Positions 59,465-64,000 of a stretch of DNA of 64,000 nt are shown here, one piece after another (within the stretch, counting starts at the first letter, position 1; each line of letters starts with the position of its first letter). The stretch comes from a virus. The notes below the pieces were generated by a model, which worked only from the letters and a program-made list of their open reading frames with translations, was not told the DNA's origin and ran no database searches. The DNA lies in IMG/VR virus record IMGVR_UViG_3300021091_005099, positions 1-64,000 of that record; one strand, written 5' to 3'. The position numbers were made by a program, and so were the translations under genes.

Positions 59465-60497
59465 CGTAGACCCTGTTGATCACGTTGTTGACCCTCACGA
59501 AGTGAGCGCACTTCGGCATGTCCTTGATACGTCTAGCTCCGATGTAGGTGCAGGTGCTTCTCACACCACCCAATATCTGTTCCACTGTGTCCTTCACAGG
59601 ACCTCGGTCATCCAGCAGCACTGTCTTTCCCTCTGTGCCTCTGTAGCCGTCCTTGCGCATGCCATACCTCTCAAAGGCCGACTCGGAACTCATGCCATAA
59701 AAAACTCTCTTGCCATCACGCAGCTCCAATTCTGATTCTTCATGTGCCGCCAGCATGCCTCCCAGCATCACGAAGTGTGCGCCGGCAGCCAGCGCCTTTG
59801 ACACGTCTCCGGACTGGGTGCAACCTCCATCGGCTATGATGTGCCCGCCAACTCCATTGGCAGCGTCAGCACACTCCACGATAGCGGAGAACTGCGGCAC
59901 TCCCACCCCGGTCTGAGTCCTGGTGGTGCACACGGATCCAGGCCCTATGCCGATCTTGACCACGTCTGCGCCGTTTATTATCAGTTCCTCTGTCATCTCA
60001 GGCGACACGACGTTGCCCGCTATCAGCACCTTGTCTGGGTATTCGGATCTTATCCTCTTCACAAAGTCCACGAACTGTTCGTGGTATGCGTTGGCCACGT
60101 CTATCGTTATGGTTGGTATGTCCGGGAATGCCCGCATGACCTGTTTCAGTGTCTGGTAGTCCTGCGTGTTCTCGTCCCATATGGCTCCCGTTCCCACGCA
60201 CGCAGACACATATTTGAATTTTATGCCTGTGCCCGCGGTCTGCTTCCATTGGTCTATAGTGTAGTGCTTGCGTATCACCGTCAGCATCTTGTAATCCTGT
60301 AGCACGCGTGCCATGGAAAAAGTGCCAACTCCATCCATGTTGCTGGCCATTATTGGTGTGTATGAAAGTTGTTTGCGGCTGTTCCTGAATGTGAAGTCTC
60401 TCGTCATGTCCACGTCTCTGCGAGAGTTAAGCGTGGATCTCTTGGGTTTGAGCAACACGTCGGAATAATCCAGATGCAGGGTGTGATCAATTCGCAT
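59454..60497 (-). CDS. guaC: GMP reductase
   Basis: LDYSDVLLKPKRSTLNSR; PIMASNMDGVGTF; IDVANAY; GIGPGSVCTTR; FYGMSS; EGKTV; ILGGVRSTCTYIGA; 347 aa without CBS domains. Confidence 0.92.
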   Translation of the reverse strand: MRIDHTLHLDYSDVLLKPKRSTLNSRRDVDMTRDFTFRNSRKQLSYTPIMASNMDGVGTFSMARVLQDYKMLTVIRKHYTIDQWKQTAGTGIKFKYVSACVGTGAIWDENTQDYQTLKQVMRAFPDIPTITIDVANAYHEQFVDFVKRIRSEYPDKVLIAGNVVSPEMTEELIINGADVVKIGIGPGSVCTTRTQTGVGVPQFSAIVECADAANGVGGHIIADGGCTQSGDVSKALAAGAHFVMLGGMLAAHEESELELRDGKRVFYGMSSESAFERYGMRKDGYRGTEGKTVLLDDRGPVKDTVEQILGGVRSTCTYIGARRIKDMPKCAHFVRVNNVINRVYDGK

Positions 60498-60765
60498 CCA
60501 TTTCTCCTTCTCTGGTCTTGCACATGTTCAATATGTTGTGGTAGTGATCCCATGCCTGCTTCAAAGCCGGATACTTCTGTCTAAGCTCTTCATCTTTTGA
60601 GGTGTAGAACATGTCTCCCCAATCCATCTGCACGTTGGCCGCCGTGGCCACTGTGCCCACGTTGATGTCTGTGTTGTACAACGTTTCATCCAGCGCAAAG
60701 GTTTCGCTGGCGTCCAGCTCAGGGAAAAGTGATGCAGAAGTCATTGCTGTAAGTTTTTTATCCAT
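60487..60765 (-). CDS. Hypothetical protein
   Basis: DEELRQKYPALKQAWDHY; start refined to MDKKL. Confidence 0.6.
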   Translation of the reverse strand: MDKKLTAMTSASLFPELDASETFALDETLYNTDINVGTVATAANVQMDWGDMFYTSKDEELRQKYPALKQAWDHYHNILNMCKTREGEMDAN

Positions 60766-61510
60766 TTGGCCCACACTGTGCTTCCTGCAGTTGTATGTTG
60801 TGCATAAATTCACTCTTCAATGCCGGGTCCGTCTTCAATAACCCCTTCAGCACCGTGGTCTGCGTGCTGGAATCACCGCTTCTTATCCCTCGGTTCTCGC
60901 AGCAGCCGTGTCTGGCCCTGATGTAGACACCCACTGCCGGGCTTTCCGTGAGCTGTGCTATCTTGTATGCTATCTTCTCTGTGAGCTCTTCCTGCAGATG
61001 TCCTCTCGCGGCCTGGTGCTGCGCTATCCTGGTGTACTTGCTGAGTCCGATCAGACGCTTGCCCGGGAGACATCCGATGTAGCACACGCCCGTCATGGGC
61101 TGATGGTGATGCGAGCACATGCTCTTGATGTCGGACCTGATCACTATCAGCTGATCGTATCTGCCATCTTCGTTGGGAAATGTCGTGACTTCTGGTGGAG
61201 GGTTGTATCTCCCTCCCATGATCTCCGTTATGTACATCTTGGCCAGCCTGCGGCCTGTGCCAACGCTGTTGGGATCATTGGTCCTGTCTATGACCAAGCT
61301 GTCCAGCACAGCGTCGAATTTCGTGGTCAGCTCGTCAATCAGTTTTTCTCTCTCCCCATTTTCAATATATCTGCTGATGTTGTCCGCCGCGAAGAACCTC
61401 TCACCTGACTTCACTATCCTTTCGCGTATCTGCTGGCTGATCGGCTTGTTTTTGTCAGTCCAAGTGTCCATCAAACCCCCTGACATGATATCTTTACGTG
61501 TGTCTGACAT
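60758..61510 (-). CDS. folE: GTP cyclohydrolase I
   Basis: RRLAKMY; SMCSHH; IGLSKYTRIA; LQEELT; ARHGC...RG. Confidence 0.93.
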   Translation of the reverse strand: MSDTRKDIMSGGLMDTWTDKNKPISQQIRERIVKSGERFFAADNISRYIENGEREKLIDELTTKFDAVLDSLVIDRTNDPNSVGTGRRLAKMYITEIMGGRYNPPPEVTTFPNEDGRYDQLIVIRSDIKSMCSHHHQPMTGVCYIGCLPGKRLIGLSKYTRIAQHQAARGHLQEELTEKIAYKIAQLTESPAVGVYIRARHGCCENRGIRSGDSSTQTTVLKGLLKTDPALKSEFMHNIQLQEAQCGPNG

Positions 61511-62550
61511 CAGTTAAATTCTTTTTGGTTAATCTTGTTATACCATTTTACAGCAGTGGCCACGATGTTGTCAATAGAACTGTGTGATGGCCGCCAGCCA
61601 AGTTCTGTGTTCGCGCGTGTGTTGTCGGCCACCAGCACAGGTGGATCGCCCGCCCTGCGCGGCATTTCCATTATCTTGATGTGCCCCACGTATTTTTTTA
61701 TGGTCTCCAACAGTTGCCTGTTGCTTGTGCTGATGCCGGAGCCCAGGTTATAAGTCTCACAGATCACATCACCAGACGCTCGCTGCAGTGCCAGCACGTG
61801 CGCCACCGCGAGATCGGTCACGTGGACATAGTCTCTCACACAGGTCCCATCCGCTGTGTCAAAATCAGTGCCAAACAGCTTGAATTCTCGATCTCTATGT
61901 GCTGCATCTATGGCCAATGGTATGATATGCGTCTCGTCCTCGCGCAGTTCACCGATCTCGCTGTCAGCGTCCGCTCCCGCGGCGTTGAAATAGCGCAGGC
62001 TGACGCTGCTCAGTCCATAGGCCACATGATAGTCCTTCAATACATTTTCAATCATCAACTTGCTCCTGCCATACGGGTTGATTGGATGCAGGTTGATGTC
62101 ATCATCCCTGGCCACTCCGTTGGCGGGAATGCCATACACTGCAGCGCTTGAAGAGAAGACCACCTTGTTGATGCCTAGATCTCTCAACTTGTCCAACAAC
62201 TGCACAGTCATTATCACGTTGTTCTTGTAATATTTAGATGGATCTCTCACAGACTCTCCCACCTGGGTGTGCGCGGCGAAATGTATACAGGAGTCTATGT
62301 TGTATCTGTTGATGATTTCCTGCAGGAAGTCAGTGTCTCTGGGCAGATGGCATTCAAATGCCGGTCCAAACTGCGTGGCCCAGGGTTTGGTCTTGATGTC
62401 TCTGTCAACCACGACCGGAGTGAACCCATTCTTGGTCAGCTCCTTGGCGGTGTGAGAACCGATGTAGCCGGCCCCTCCCACTACCAGCACCGACTTGCTG
62501 ATGCCTTTAGTACTTGGCTTCGGGCGCATACGTCCTGTAGTCGCTTCCAT
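61510..62550 (-). CDS. galE: UDP-glucose 4-epimerase
   Basis: GGAGYIGSHT; HFAA..QVGESV; FSSSAAVYG; PYGRSK; LRYFNAAGA; DGTCVRDYVHV. Confidence 0.92.
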   Translation of the reverse strand: MEATTGRMRPKPSTKGISKSVLVVGGAGYIGSHTAKELTKNGFTPVVVDRDIKTKPWATQFGPAFECHLPRDTDFLQEIINRYNIDSCIHFAAHTQVGESVRDPSKYYKNNVIMTVQLLDKLRDLGINKVVFSSSAAVYGIPANGVARDDDINLHPINPYGRSKLMIENVLKDYHVAYGLSSVSLRYFNAAGADADSEIGELREDETHIIPLAIDAAHRDREFKLFGTDFDTADGTCVRDYVHVTDLAVAHVLALQRASGDVICETYNLGSGISTSNRQLLETIKKYVGHIKIMEMPRRAGDPPVLVADNTRANTELGWRPSHSSIDNIVATAVKWYNKINQKEFN

Positions 62551-63685
62551 CTCTCCTCCATTGCTCTCCCTTGCCTGTAATGATGTCGATCATTCTGTCC
62601 ACCGTGCCGTCGGTCCAATCCGATATCTTGCCCATGTTTGGCGATGGTGCCTGCAACAACACTTTCAATTTTTGCATGGCGTCTCTGCTGCTCCATGGCA
62701 CGTACATCCTGCTGTCGTCATTGGCGAATGTTTCTGGGAATGACCTATATGCCGGAAAAAGAACATTGCAGCCCAGTGTGTCAGCTTCGGACACTGTGTT
62801 TGACACCCAGTCCTGCAGTGCGCAGTTGAACAGCACTCTGGTGTCATTCAACAGTTCATAGTAGTCATTTTTTTTCAAGTGTTCGTAAATTTTAATTTTG
62901 CCAGACTTCTCCAAGTGCCTTGCGCGATGAACATAGTTTATGTTGTTGGATCGCAATGGTCCGCCACAGTAAACGGCGAACTCCGTGGCAGGCAATGACT
63001 CGTCGGCAAGCCATTGCTCGATTAGATCCATGAAAAACCCTGGCTGCTTTTCCTGATCCCATCTGGCGGCGTAGCCAACTCTCATTGTTCTTTGATCAAA
63101 TGGTCTGATGGTCTTGATTCTCTCCAGCACTTCCTGTTTGCCATAACTCAGACCGGAAATGTTGTAGATGGGAGCGCGCCAGTTGGCTATTCTCATATGT
63201 GCCACCATCTCCTCGTTCGTGGCAAGTATATGCACGTTGGGTATCTCGTTGCACATCTGTTCATACAGGCTCATCCATCGGCTCATGCGCCAGACATGCA
63301 CGAAGTCATCTGGATCTATGGACTGTGCCAGGCACCTTAGATATATCCTCGGCCTGTACTTCTCTGGCGACTGTTGTATGATGTAGGGCAGCGATTCCAT
63401 GCCCGGTTGGAACATGTCCTCAAAAAATATCACGTCATCAGAAGTAACTTCTCCAGATTTCATCATGCGAACCAAATTCATCATCTGGCTCATGCCGAAA
63501 TAGCTCCTGCCGTGTGCGTCCAGCACCTGTCCAGTCACTATGGCTTTGGAATTGTCTATGGTGGTGCCGGGCACGACCACGTAGTCTATGCCGCGTTTCT
63601 TGTAGATTCTCTCGGTCCAATCGGTTAACTGTAGCGTGTAGCGACCTTCATAGGGCTCCAGGCCCATGTAAAATATTTTCATCAC
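62507..63685 (-). CDS. Glycosyltransferase (GT-B fold, GT4-like)
   Basis: YAARWDQEKQPGFF; YYELL...VLFNCALQDWVSNTVSEADTLGC.VLFPAYRSFPE. Confidence 0.75.
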   Translation of the reverse strand: MMKIFYMGLEPYEGRYTLQLTDWTERIYKKRGIDYVVVPGTTIDNSKAIVTGQVLDAHGRSYFGMSQMMNLVRMMKSGEVTSDDVIFFEDMFQPGMESLPYIIQQSPEKYRPRIYLRCLAQSIDPDDFVHVWRMSRWMSLYEQMCNEIPNVHILATNEEMVAHMRIANWRAPIYNISGLSYGKQEVLERIKTIRPFDQRTMRVGYAARWDQEKQPGFFMDLIEQWLADESLPATEFAVYCGGPLRSNNINYVHRARHLEKSGKIKIYEHLKKNDYYELLNDTRVLFNCALQDWVSNTVSEADTLGCNVLFPAYRSFPETFANDDSRMYVPWSSRDAMQKLKVLLQAPSPNMGKISDWTDGTVDRMIDIITGKGEQWRRDGSDYRTYAPEAKY

Positions 63686-63987
63686 GTGCTTACAATCACC
63701 TCCTTCTGGCTCTTCTTACCTACCAGCACGTGGGTGTGATACCCATGCATGGGATTGGTTTTCAAATATCTCATTAGGTCCGCCAAAATATTGTCATTGC
63801 CTTCATGTATTAAAAATTGATACAACGGTTCTGCTCGTCCATACAATGTCTCGTTAGAATCTAAAACTATGAATCCTCCCCATTCCACGGCAAAATCACT
63901 GAGATAATTTTCTCCGTAATGACGGAAGGTTTGATTGTTATTGATGTTAACGCCAGCATGTGGTTCAAATACTAATCTTATTCTCAT
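63682..63987 (-). CDS. Hypothetical protein
   Basis: 101-aa ORF overlapping the glycosyltransferase start; upstream AAGGA. Confidence 0.55.
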   Translation of the reverse strand: MRIRLVFEPHAGVNINNNQTFRHYGENYLSDFAVEWGGFIVLDSNETLYGRAEPLYQFLIHEGNDNILADLMRYLKTNPMHGYHTHVLVGKKSQKEVIVST

Positions 63988-64000
63988 CGAGCAATCCTTG

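Noticed and set aside
277-63777. Many short opposite-strand or out-of-frame ORFs in the track (e.g. 366-839, 4953-5627, 19838-20455, 51582-52220, 57295-57720, 58234-58743)
   Set aside because: They are shadows of long genes with clear motifs. 57295-57720 (+) overlies two better minus-strand small genes.
1-64000. Stop-codon reassignment
   Set aside because: TAA, TAG and TGA all end genes at junctions with tightly packed neighbours, and the long ORFs are intact under the standard code.
1-64000. tRNA, rRNA, CRISPR array, IS element, DGR or self-splicing intron
   Set aside because: Intergenic gaps are short, and I saw no spaced direct repeats, cloverleaf boxes, transposase, reverse transcriptase or homing endonuclease. 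A covariance-model scan was not run.

Overview
This is a 64-kb segment of a large T4-like myovirus (jumbo-type tailed phage) genome. It uses the standard genetic code and is almost fully coding. I saw no tRNA, rRNA, CRISPR array, IS element or intein. Plus-strand block (1-49815): a baseplate/tail module (gp5-like hub, gp25, gp6, a 4654-aa giant baseplate protein, three paralogous tail-fibre proteins, a Gly-rich protein and other virion proteins). It is interrupted by an inverted 5-gene cassette (radical SAM, degenerate QueC-like protein, GNAT-like protein, two glycosyltransferases). It is followed by a ~15-kb tailoring cluster: four glycosyltransferase-like genes, five tandem N-terminal-twitch radical SAM enzymes, an SGNH hydrolase, a 34-aa peptide, a NodU/CmcH carbamoyltransferase, a cupin, an NDP-sugar epimerase and a DegT aminotransferase. 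Minus-strand block (49812-64000): hypotheticals, a vWA-metallopeptidase plus AAA ATPase pair, T4-type RNase H, and a purine/7-deazaguanine cluster (queE, zf-CHCC, cupin, yhhQ, phosphoribosyltransferase, guaC, folE, galE, GT-B glycosyltransferase). The two best candidates for undescribed systems are (i) phage-encoded, radical-SAM-tailored glycan decoration of the virion, possibly at recurrent D(G)S[TS] motifs in structural proteins, and (ii) a deazaguanine pathway coupled to a PRTase, GMP reductase and a glycosyltransferase. All family assignments come from motif recognition by eye; no database searches were run.
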